DNA of 30,102 nucleotides, taken from contig CALJMC010000024.1 of NCBI GenBank assembly GCA_937982385.1, forward strand, positions 1-30,102. Direction: 5' to 3'. This document shows positions 9,459-17,271 of the stretch, piece after piece. This DNA is from an uncultured Rickettsiales bacterium. Its GTDB lineage: Bacteria > Pseudomonadota > Alphaproteobacteria > Rickettsiales > UBA998. The notes under the pieces are model-generated. The model was not told where the DNA came from and did not search any database. It saw nothing but the letters and a program-made list of their open reading frames with translations. Within the stretch, counting starts at the first letter, position 1. Each line of letters begins with the position of its first letter. The position numbers and the translations under genes were made by a program.

Positions 9459-10976
9459 ATGACACCAGTATTTTCCGCCCTAGGCACCCAGAAAAAAGAA
9501 GCAGCCACCGCAGGCAAGGATGTTGCCAAAGCGTTTTTGGTCACTGACGCGAAGAAACTATCCGCATCAGCAAACGAACTCGATAAAATTGCAGCTGGGT
9601 TGATTAAGAAAGCCATCACGACAGGAAAATTCGAGGGTAAAAAGGGACAGGTACTTCATTTCGTGGCGCCAGAGGGCTGTGGTGCAGATCATATTTTAGT
9701 TGGCGGTTTGGGTGCAACAAAAGACATCACGACACTCACCTATGAAGAAATTGGTGGTGCATTCGTACAAAAATCTAATGCGCTGGGCGTCAAAATATTG
9801 GAAGTGCGTGTTGATGATGCAGCTGGCAAAAAGATTGATGCAGGCGAAGCGGAAGCGCATATCGGATTGGGCGCGGCGCTAAAATCCTATCGTTTCGACA
9901 AATATTTTACCAAGGAGGAGGCAAAAGACAAGCCAACCTTGGCGAAAATTAAGGTTCTTACGGTTGATGTAGCTAAAGCGCAAAAAGCCTACGGGCCGCT
10001 GGACGCGCTCTATCAAGGGTCGGTTCTTACGCGCAATGTCGTGACCGAGCCGGGCAACATTATTCACCCTGAGTCACTTGCGAACGTGTGTAAAGAGCTG
10101 TCAAAAGATGGCCTCAAAGTTGAGGTGCTCGGTGAAAAAGCAATGGAAAAACTTGGCATGGGCTCACTTCTCAGCGTGGGTGATGGTTCGCAGCGCGAAT
10201 CACAGCTTGTGGTGATGCAGTGGAATGGCGGCAAAAAAGATGACAAGCCGCTTGCATTTATCGGCAAAGGTGTGACCTTCGATACAGGTGGTATCAGCAT
10301 CAAGCCAGCTGGCGGTATGGAAGAAATGAAATGGGATATGGGTGGCTCAGGTACTGTCATTGGTCTCATGAAAACCTTAGCCCTCCGTAAAGCTAATGTA
10401 AATGTGGTTGGTGTTGTTGGCTTGGTTGAAAATATGCCAGATGGCAAGGCAACCCGCCCAGGTGATGTGGTGACGTCGATGTCGGGTCAAACCATTGAAG
10501 TGTTGAATACCGATGCTGAGGGTCGTCTTGTGCTCGCTGATGCCCTGTGGTACACGCAAGATCGCTTCAAACCCGAATTCATGATTGATCTCGCCACTCT
10601 TACAGGTGCAATTATCGTGTCACTCGGCAATGAACATGCAGGATTGTTCTCTAATGATGATAAAATCTCTGAGCGCCTTGTGAAGCTCGGCCAGACAACA
10701 GGTGAGAAGACATGGCGCTTCCCATTGAGCGATGCCTATAACAAGCAAATCGACTCCCCAATTGCAGATATGCAAAATATTGGAAATGCCAAAGGCGCGG
10801 GTTCTATCACCGCTGCACAGTTCCTTCAACGTTTTGTGAATGACACCCCGTGGGTGCATCTTGACATTGCAGGCACTGCATGGACCAAAGAAGACAAGCC
10901 AACCTGCTCAAAAGGTGCGACTGCCTTCGGTGTGAAACTGCTCAATGAATTTGTATCAAAACATTACGAAAAATAA
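9459..10976 (+). CDS. pepA: Leucyl aminopeptidase (M17)
   Basis: GKGVTFDTGGISIK, MKWDMGG, NTDAEGRLVLADAL, DLATLTGA, HLDIAGT. ATG 9459 with GAAAGG upstream is preferred over TTG 9408, which lies inside the repeat. Confidence 0.96.
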   Translation: MTPVFSALGTQKKEAATAGKDVAKAFLVTDAKKLSASANELDKIAAGLIKKAITTGKFEGKKGQVLHFVAPEGCGADHILVGGLGATKDITTLTYEEIGGAFVQKSNALGVKILEVRVDDAAGKKIDAGEAEAHIGLGAALKSYRFDKYFTKEEAKDKPTLAKIKVLTVDVAKAQKAYGPLDALYQGSVLTRNVVTEPGNIIHPESLANVCKELSKDGLKVEVLGEKAMEKLGMGSLLSVGDGSQRESQLVVMQWNGGKKDDKPLAFIGKGVTFDTGGISIKPAGGMEEMKWDMGGSGTVIGLMKTLALRKANVNVVGVVGLVENMPDGKATRPGDVVTSMSGQTIEVLNTDAEGRLVLADALWYTQDRFKPEFMIDLATLTGAIIVSLGNEHAGLFSNDDKISERLVKLGQTTGEKTWRFPLSDAYNKQIDSPIADMQNIGNAKGAGSITAAQFLQRFVNDTPWVHLDIAGTAWTKEDKPTCSKGATAFGVKLLNEFVSKHYEK

Positions 10977-10998
10977 CGCATCTATAAGGAATAAAACC

Positions 10999-11076
10999 AT
11001 GACTAAAATTACCCTAGCACTCACAAGCCTCCTCATCCTCACTGCCTGCGATATACCGTTCATTCCGTTTATTTAA
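10999..11076 (+). CDS. 25-aa micro-lipoprotein MTKITLALTSLLILTACDIPFIPFI (below the ORF-track cutoff)
   Basis: AAGGA SD at 10986-10990, 8 nt before the ATG. Basic n-region, hydrophobic h-region, lipobox LTAC, TAA at 11074-11076. Confidence 0.7.
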   Translation: MTKITLALTSLLILTACDIPFIPFI

Positions 11077-11106
11077 AAAATATTTTAATATAGCGGTTAT
11101 TTTCAC

Positions 11107-11135
11107 TTGACTTGGGGCGGTCAAATGTGGATATT
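11107..11135 (+). promoter_or_regulatory. sigma70 promoter for tRNA-Glu
   Basis: TTGACT-N17-GATATT, 38 nt upstream of the tRNA. Confidence 0.55.
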
Positions 11136-11173
11136 GCCAATTCGCTTTTTAAGCGAGTCATTCTTGACAGAGT

Positions 11174-11248
11174 GGCCCCTTCGTCTAGCGGTTAGGACGC
11201 GGCCCTTTCACGGCTGAAACACGAGTTCAATTCTCGTAGGGGTCACCA
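11174..11248 (+). tRNA. tRNA-Glu (anticodon TTC), 75 nt, encoded CCA
   Basis: Acceptor stem GGCCCCT/AGGGGTC, anticodon arm CGGCC-CT-TTC-AC-GGCTG, T-loop GTTCAATT, 3' ACCA. Confidence 0.97.
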
Positions 11249-11360
11249 TTTTACTCTTCTCATATCATCCCATAGCAGTAGAATCTACGCAGATTCGTGA
11301 TCGTTCGTATCCAGAAATGTCCAATAGGGTTTTCATTTGCGGGTATCTATTTATCGCGTT

Positions 11361-12128
11361 TTAATCCTGATGTGTACTAGGCATGATTTTGGTGGTGGTG
11401 CAATATATCGCAATGCTGGTAATGACGAGTGTACATACCAAGACGGGACCTGCCGGGAGATCTGTGATCATGGCAATATAGATGCCCAATAAGACAGATA
11501 AAGCACCGCACAGAAACGCATTCCTCAGGGGGTGTTGTGCCTTGACTGCCGCTAATGCTGGTAACATTAAGCTAGCGAATACGACATAGACGCCTACCAA
11601 CTGCACGGACGACGTAATGGCGAGCGCGAAGAGCATATAAAAACCTATGCCGCTTCGTAGGGTGGGCTTCCAGAACCATAATGTTAGGATGAGTGCGTAG
11701 ATGGGCATATGTGTTCCTACATCCTGCCATGTGATAAAGAGCATCTGGCCTGAGAGCAAATGTTGAATCTCTTCGCCGCCATGAGGGTGATCGGCTAGCA
11801 ATAAAATGGATAATGATGCCGCCAATATGAAACTGACACCAATAATTGCCTCTTGCTGCTCTGGTGCTGTTTTTTCAATTTTTCGAAAAAATAATGCAGC
11901 TAAAATGGCGCTGGTGAGTGCGACGCCCTGCAACATCCATGCGGTGGGCGCATGTAGAAATGTACTTGCTGCGACCAGCCCAAGCCCTGCAATTTGCGCT
12001 ACGGCTAAGTCAATGAAGATAATGCCACGCCTCAGCACCTCAATGCCAAGCGGGGCATGGGTAAGCGCAATCATGAGCCCAGCAACTAAGGCTGGTGCTA
12101 CAATCGTCATCATTTCACTACTTATCAT
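11361..12128 (-). CDS. Metal ABC transporter permease (ABC-3/ZnuB-like)
   Basis: LGIEVLRRGIIFIDLAVAQIAGLG, EQQEAIIG, multiple TM helices, GVYVVFASL, DLPAGPVLV. Overlaps the SBP stop. Confidence 0.88.
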   Translation of the reverse strand: MISSEMMTIVAPALVAGLMIALTHAPLGIEVLRRGIIFIDLAVAQIAGLGLVAASTFLHAPTAWMLQGVALTSAILAALFFRKIEKTAPEQQEAIIGVSFILAASLSILLLADHPHGGEEIQHLLSGQMLFITWQDVGTHMPIYALILTLWFWKPTLRSGIGFYMLFALAITSSVQLVGVYVVFASLMLPALAAVKAQHPLRNAFLCGALSVLLGIYIAMITDLPAGPVLVCTLVITSIAIYCTTTKIMPSTHQD

Positions 12129-13029
12129 CGACAGCTCCTTTTAAGAGGCTAATGGACTGATTAAACAGCGCAAACAAATCTCCACTCTTTGCATCGCCAT
12201 CAATCGTGTATGGCAGTACTAAAGCGGGTGTTTTGGTCTTGCCAGAAAGCCACTCGCTGGCATCATCAGGCTCATAGGCTGTGCGTAAAATTGCATTGGC
12301 AGGTGTCGCGTTAAGTTGTTGAAGTAGTTTTCCCAAATGTGACGCTGTAGGGGGAATACCTGGTTTTGGCTCTAAAGATGCTACGGCTTCCATGCCCAAC
12401 CAATCGAGCAAATAGCTGAGCGCACGGTGATGCACGACAATTTTTTTGCCTTTCAGGCTTTGTGCTTGTGTTTCCCACGTCGCTATCGCTTGCTGCCAAC
12501 GTGCAGTAAAATTTTGCAAATTGCTGTGATATAGTGCTGCGTTAGGCGCATCAATGGTTGCAAGTCGTTTGGTAAGTTCGTTCGCTACAAGCACTATATT
12601 ATGCGGATTAAGATGTACGTGCGGGTTTCCCTCTGGGTGAACATCTCCCATGCTGCGGTCTATTGTGACGGGCGTTTCCAATATAGGTACAAATTCTGAG
12701 GCCATCAGATAGCCAGCAGCCCCGGGCTGCACGTTCGCCCCTGCTTTTTGCAGCAAGAGTGGCAGCCAACCAGCCTCAAGCCCCGCGCCAGAACATAGCA
12801 AGAGGTCAGCATGGCGCGCTTTAGCAATCAAGCTTGGGCGAGCACGAATATGGTGAGGGTCTTGCTTGGCGTGAGTGGCTGCAAACGCTTTCACCGTATC
12901 GCCGCCAATTTCTTCTGCGAGCGCTGCCCATTCAGGTTCGCATGCAAAAATATTCACTTTTGCTTGTGCCATGAATGGGGCTGCACTGAGCAACCCCACC
13001 ACGATTATACTAAGGAATTGTTTCATCAA
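12118..13029 (-). CDS. Metal ABC transporter substrate-binding protein (TroA/ZnuA cluster A-I)
   Basis: Signal peptide, QDPHHIRARPS, GAGLEAGWLP, DVHPEGNPH, LEPKPGIPP. Confidence 0.9.
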   Translation of the reverse strand: MMKQFLSIIVVGLLSAAPFMAQAKVNIFACEPEWAALAEEIGGDTVKAFAATHAKQDPHHIRARPSLIAKARHADLLLCSGAGLEAGWLPLLLQKAGANVQPGAAGYLMASEFVPILETPVTIDRSMGDVHPEGNPHVHLNPHNIVLVANELTKRLATIDAPNAALYHSNLQNFTARWQQAIATWETQAQSLKGKKIVVHHRALSYLLDWLGMEAVASLEPKPGIPPTASHLGKLLQQLNATPANAILRTAYEPDDASEWLSGKTKTPALVLPYTIDGDAKSGDLFALFNQSISLLKGAVDDK

Positions 13030-13050
13030 TTATCTTCCATTGCTTTATGT

Positions 13051-13081
13051 AGAAGAACGCGGTCAGGAGACCGCGCCTTCT
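13051..13081 (-). other. Intercistronic GC-rich hairpin between the barrel and SBP genes
   Basis: mRNA strand AGAAG-GCGCGGTC-tcct-GACCGCGT-T-CTTCT. The G-U wobble is valid only on the minus (coding) strand. No poly-U tail. Confidence 0.55.
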
Positions 13082-13133
13082 CTCGCGAAGCGTTAGGCTC
13101 ATTGCACAGGACAGGAGTCCGTAGCAGGAGCGA

Positions 13134-14495
13134 TTAAAATTTATGCGCACCATGAGCACCAAGACTCATGATATATTGCAAGATAACCTGATCATCATCC
13201 TGTGAGTTTGTTAATTCCTCGCGGTTATATTGCACACGCACACGGCTAAATTCGCTGTTTGTCCAGTCTAGCATGGCTGCATAAGCGATAGGGTCATGTC
13301 CCTCAGAATCAAGAGCGCTACCGATGAGTCCTGTCGGCGTATCGGGTGCATCAAGCTGACTATAGCGCGCACCTACGCGCCACTGAGGCGCAAATTTATA
13401 GGCTGCTTGGGCATACCACCCGCTAGAGGAGTCATCAAAATTGACGACACCCGTGCCAGCATCAGTATCTTCATAAGTACCGTCTTCATCGCGCCAGAAA
13501 TATTCCCCCTGAAGGATAACTTCTTGCTGACGTGCATTGCCTGTGGGCGCCCATGTGTAGCGCATGTCGGCAACATATAAATCGCTGTCGCCTGTGAATG
13601 TCACTGCATCTTCATTGCTTGCGCGACCACCCGAAGCTTCGCCTGAAAGCACAGAGGCACCTAAACGCCAGCTTTGGTTGCTACCGATATCATCGCCTAT
13701 GCGAGCAAACGCCGTCCATGCGCCAATGCCTTCGCCATCACTACCACCAAGCGGGAAATCATCGCCACGGAACAAGCCGCCCCCAATTTCTGCATAGATG
13801 TCTGTAGGCAGCACATAGGAAACCTCTGCACCATCATCGTTGAAAGCGCCATCTAGGAACACGCGATAAGGCAGTGGGCGATCTGCAAAATCATCCGCAT
13901 GGCTGTGATGTTCATTCAAATATCCTAGCGTCCAAAACGCACGACCTGCCTTGATGCTCATGCCACTCGGCAAGCCCATCCCGGGAAGTGTTTGAATGAA
14001 GGCTTCCTCAAGCTCGACCTCTGTTGAGCCTTCATGCTCCGCGATGGCTGCGGTGGTGCTACCGAAGAATTTATCATCCACATTGGCTGAAAAGTTCAAC
14101 TCAGTATGGTCTACGGCAAAGCCTTCACGGCCACGCTCACCTTCTTCTCCCACGCCGAAACCAGCGACATCGCCTTCATCGGAAGAGTAGTTGCGATATT
14201 GCCCATTAAGAATCACACCAATGGATGGATTGAAGCTGTTATCCTTTACCGCGCGTCGTGCTGTGGCCGGCGTTGCGGGTGCGGGTGCTGCTGCGGTTGC
14301 TGATGTTTTTGCTTGGGTGCTCTCCACCTTGTTGAGTTTAGATTCAAGCTCGACAATGCGTCCCTCATAGGCTTGTTTCATGTTTTGAATCTCTGCACGC
14401 AGTGCATCAATGTCATTGGGTGATGCAGCGAATGCAGAATTGCTAGATAACAGGCCGATAAATGCGACAGACGTCGCGAGTGCAGTTTTTAACAT
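13134..14495 (-). CDS. Outer-membrane beta-barrel protein associated with metal ABC loci, 453 aa
   Basis: Signal peptide, coiled coil, Ala/Pro linker, FNPSIGVILNG, ELEEAF, GYLNEHHSHADDFADRPL, EFSRVRVQY, terminal GAHGAHKF. Start ATG 14495 with AGGAGA SD. Confidence 0.8.
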   Translation of the reverse strand: MLKTALATSVAFIGLLSSNSAFAASPNDIDALRAEIQNMKQAYEGRIVELESKLNKVESTQAKTSATAAAPAPATPATARRAVKDNSFNPSIGVILNGQYRNYSSDEGDVAGFGVGEEGERGREGFAVDHTELNFSANVDDKFFGSTTAAIAEHEGSTEVELEEAFIQTLPGMGLPSGMSIKAGRAFWTLGYLNEHHSHADDFADRPLPYRVFLDGAFNDDGAEVSYVLPTDIYAEIGGGLFRGDDFPLGGSDGEGIGAWTAFARIGDDIGSNQSWRLGASVLSGEASGGRASNEDAVTFTGDSDLYVADMRYTWAPTGNARQQEVILQGEYFWRDEDGTYEDTDAGTGVVNFDDSSSGWYAQAAYKFAPQWRVGARYSQLDAPDTPTGLIGSALDSEGHDPIAYAAMLDWTNSEFSRVRVQYNREELTNSQDDDQVILQYIMSLGAHGAHKF

Positions 14496-14502
14496 AAGTG
14501 TA

Positions 14503-14590
14503 TCTCCTAAATACGATATGGGATCGCGCTTGCGAAAATCACAAGGCGACATATAAAAATAATGATAAGTTAGTTTGGTAGCTTAGGAGA
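14503..14590 (-). promoter_or_regulatory. SD/anti-SD pairing between the leader 3' end and the barrel-gene RBS
   Basis: mRNA TCTCCTAA (14590-14583) is the exact complement of TTAGGAGA (14510-14503). An inner hairpin TCGC-CTTGTGA-ttt-TCGCAAG-C-GCGA lies at about 14524-14549. Confidence 0.7.
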
Positions 14591-14867
14591 AAATAGGGGG
14601 CGCACGCGGCGCAGATACACGATAATGTTCCGACACTATTAATGTCAGTGCTGGCAAAACAGCTTTGAAAGCATAATGTTCTGGATGCTCAACTGTTGGC
14701 GCTTCATCACCATCGCTATATTTTACGTTTTCATGATGCAGATACACATCGCAGAGCCGATCATTATGCTCATGTTCCTCAAAGCCAAACTCCGCCATAT
14801 GCAGAGAGGAAAACGCCTGCATAGCGAGAAAACTAAGGATTAAGAATATGCTTAATGTTCTGTTCAT
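14583..14867 (-). CDS. His-rich DUF2946/DUF2607-like leader peptide with C-terminal RAPP arrest motif, 94 aa
   Basis: N-terminal hydrophobic signal/anchor, HEHNDRLCDVYLHH, C-terminal SAPRAPPIFS. Directly upstream of the metal-uptake genes. Confidence 0.8.
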   Translation of the reverse strand: MNRTLSIFLILSFLAMQAFSSLHMAEFGFEEHEHNDRLCDVYLHHENVKYSDGDEAPTVEHPEHYAFKAVLPALTLIVSEHYRVSAPRAPPIFS

Positions 14868-14974
14868 TTTATATCAGTTGTCGCGCATGGGTGAGTAAGA
14901 TTTCGTATATAACACAGTTCACGCATTATACAAATTATTCTAAGGACAATACGTATTAATGTCTTTTAAGAAGA

Positions 14975-15001
14975 TTGACTATTCGCAGTGCATGCCATAC
15001 A
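14975..15001 (+). promoter_or_regulatory. Candidate sigma70 promoter for rhlE, giving a 5' UTR of about 140 nt
   Basis: TTGACT at 14975 followed by the alphaproteobacterial-type -10 region GCCATACA. Confidence 0.4.
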
Positions 15002-15143
15002 AGGGCGGCACAATTCTTATGATGGCGCGAAGTGGTAACCACGTAAAGCCCTCATCTCATCCCCAAAAACTCTGCCTCCTTCGCGCGGTCTGCAGCGCAA
15101 CGCCTCACCTTGTTTAGCAATGTGAGCAAAAGGAAATAGCATC

Positions 15144-16436
15144 ATGACGACAACTAGTTTTTACGATCTTGGTCTCATAGAGCCACTGACACGAGTTCTT
15201 GCCGAAAATAACTACACCACACCAACCCCCATTCAGCTGAATGCCATACCTGCCCTGCTTGAGAACCAAGATTTGTTGGGTATTGCACAAACAGGAACGG
15301 GTAAAACGGCAGCTTTTTCACTCCCTATTTTACAGTTCTTGTCTGAGAATCACTGCAAACGCAAATCACGCACCACACGTGCATTAGTGCTGGCCCCTAC
15401 CAGAGAATTGGCCATTCAAATTGCAGATAACTGCGAAATATATGGTAAATATCTGTCACTACGCCAAACCACCATTTACGGTGGAGTAGGGCAAAATCCA
15501 CAAGTGAACGCGATGTCCAAAGGAGTCGATATGCTTATCGCAACTCCAGGGCGCTTGCTTGACCTAATGCAGCAAGGTCATGTGGATCTTAGCACGGTGT
15601 CACATCTGATTTTGGATGAAGCAGACCGCATGCTGGATATGGGATTCATTAACGATATCAAAAAGATTATCGCCAAGATTCCTAAGAAAAGACACACATT
15701 GCTTTTCTCTGCCACCATGCCCAGCTCTATTGGTAAACTTGCGAGCAGCTTGCTGCATAATCCGAAAACGGTTGAAGTGACACCTGCGGTGGTGACGGTC
15801 GAAAAGATTGATCAAAGCCTCTATAAAGTGGCGAGAAAAGATAAGCGTGCATTGCTCGTGAATTTACTTCAGGATGAAAATATTAACAAAGCAATCATCT
15901 TTAGCAAAACCAAACATGGTGCAAACCGTATTGTTCGCGAGCTTGAGTTTTCCGGTATTTCTAGCGCAGCTATTCATGGCAATAAGTCACAAAGCGCACG
16001 TCAAAAAGCGCTCGCCGCATTTAAAGACGGTGAAGTGAGAACGCTTGTTGCTACAGACATTGCAGCACGTGGGATTGATGTGGATAATATTAGTCATGTG
16101 ATCAATTATGATCTGCCGTCTGAGCCAGAAAGCTATGTCCACCGCATTGGGCGTACTGCGCGCGCCGGAACGCAGGGAACTGCCATTTCGTTCTGTGATG
16201 AAACAGAAGCCAAAGAGCTGAAGGCTGTAGAAAGAGTCATTAAGTTCAAAATTGCATTAGTACAAACGCCAAAACTCGAAAAGATGGAACCTGTTCCTAA
16301 AGAAGTTAAAGTTCCTCAGGCTCCTAGTAAAAAGAAGAACAATAACCGTTCGAGAAATAATAAACCAAAAGTCGAAGGCGAAAACAGTGGACCAAGAACT
16401 CCTCGTAATCGCCGTAACAGAAGAAACTCAGCATAG
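15144..16436 (+). CDS. rhlE: DEAD-box RNA helicase (RhlE-like)
   Basis: Q motif TPTPIQ, AQTGTGKT, PTRELA, TPGRL, DEAD, SAT, HGNKSQ, TDIAARGID, HRIGRTAR, basic C-terminal tail. AAGGA SD. Confidence 0.9.
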   Translation: MTTTSFYDLGLIEPLTRVLAENNYTTPTPIQLNAIPALLENQDLLGIAQTGTGKTAAFSLPILQFLSENHCKRKSRTTRALVLAPTRELAIQIADNCEIYGKYLSLRQTTIYGGVGQNPQVNAMSKGVDMLIATPGRLLDLMQQGHVDLSTVSHLILDEADRMLDMGFINDIKKIIAKIPKKRHTLLFSATMPSSIGKLASSLLHNPKTVEVTPAVVTVEKIDQSLYKVARKDKRALLVNLLQDENINKAIIFSKTKHGANRIVRELEFSGISSAAIHGNKSQSARQKALAAFKDGEVRTLVATDIAARGIDVDNISHVINYDLPSEPESYVHRIGRTARAGTQGTAISFCDETEAKELKAVERVIKFKIALVQTPKLEKMEPVPKEVKVPQAPSKKKNNNRSRNNKPKVEGENSGPRTPRNRRNRRNSA

Positions 16437-16515
16437 TATTTTATGTAGGAGTTTCTTCTTCAGGCTGTTACGATGTAGCTGCGTAATCTTTTAAACAATA
16501 TCATAGGTGGACATA

Positions 16516-16620
16516 ATGGGCGACAAAGGCAAAAAAGATCAGAAAAAAGAATCTAAGAAAGCGCCACTTCTTACTGCCAAAGAAAAGAAGCAGGCTAAAA
16601 AAGCAAAGAAGAATGCTTAG
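16516..16620 (+). CDS. 34-aa lysine-rich small protein MGDKGKKDQKKESKKAPLLTAKEKKQAKKAKKNA
   Basis: AGGTGG SD 5 nt before ATG 16516, open frame to TAG 16618-16620. Occupies an otherwise unexplained gap after rhlE. Confidence 0.7.
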   Translation: MGDKGKKDQKKESKKAPLLTAKEKKQAKKAKKNA

Positions 16621-16650
16621 TTGCGCCTAATGTTCTGAAGCCTATCTTTT

Positions 16651-17259
16651 TTAAAATAGTAAAACCACGTCGTCACCCATACACCATGGTGTATGCTTGT
16701 GCATGATCGCCTCATAGGCGGGGCTGGTGAAAAAGCTCTGTAGCCAACGTGTGATGTGTGTGTAGTGCGATTGCTCGAACCAGCTTGAATCGACTAATGA
16801 AAATTGCCTGATATGGGGGAAGAGGGCGATATCCTCTGCGCGCAGTTCGTCGCCTGATAGGAATGTACTGTCCGCAAGTCGTTGTTCCATTTCATTTAAT
16901 AATTCGGTGCCGCAGGCATCACGATAGTCTTCTTGAGATGCGTCAGGATAGCGGTCATGATATTTATAGCGATGTAATGCTGTGGAAAAAACGGTGTCGC
17001 ATTGTATGATGAGGGGGGAGCTAATTTCCTGCCCAAATGCATGGGCAATGATCTCGAGGCTTTCATCAATAACGCGACCATCGGGCAGCACGAGCACGGG
17101 CACAGTTCCTTTGGGTGAGACATCTAGCAATGTTTGAGGTTTGTTCTTTAGATGCACTTCACGGAGTTCACACTGAACACCCTTCAGCGCCAACGCATAG
17201 CGCGCACGCATGGCCCAAGGGCAGCGTCGAAAGCTATAGAGAATGGGGTGCTGTTTCAT
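16651..17259 (-). CDS. Glutathione S-transferase family protein
   Basis: LYSFRRCPWAMRAR, SPKGTVPVL, IDESLEII, LHRYKY, DIALFPHIRQF. Confidence 0.88.
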   Translation of the reverse strand: MKQHPILYSFRRCPWAMRARYALALKGVQCELREVHLKNKPQTLLDVSPKGTVPVLVLPDGRVIDESLEIIAHAFGQEISSPLIIQCDTVFSTALHRYKYHDRYPDASQEDYRDACGTELLNEMEQRLADSTFLSGDELRAEDIALFPHIRQFSLVDSSWFEQSHYTHITRWLQSFFTSPAYEAIMHKHTPWCMGDDVVLLF

Positions 17260-17271
17260 AGAGACATATAC

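Noticed and set aside
13132-13142. GATTAAAATTT as a third copy of the repeat
   Set aside because: An 11-nt AT-rich match formed by the barrel gene's last codons and stop, with no accompanying hairpins.
14270-14310. GCGGGT/GCT short tandem repeats
   Set aside because: They simply encode the Ala/Pro linker of the barrel protein.
14558-14576. Fur-box-like AATAATGATAAG downstream of the leader
   Set aside because: Only 11/19 match to the Fur consensus, one-sided, and located after the leader rather than at a promoter.
14899-14916. Zur box upstream of the leader gene
   Set aside because: Only the TATAACA half matches; the other half is not palindromic.
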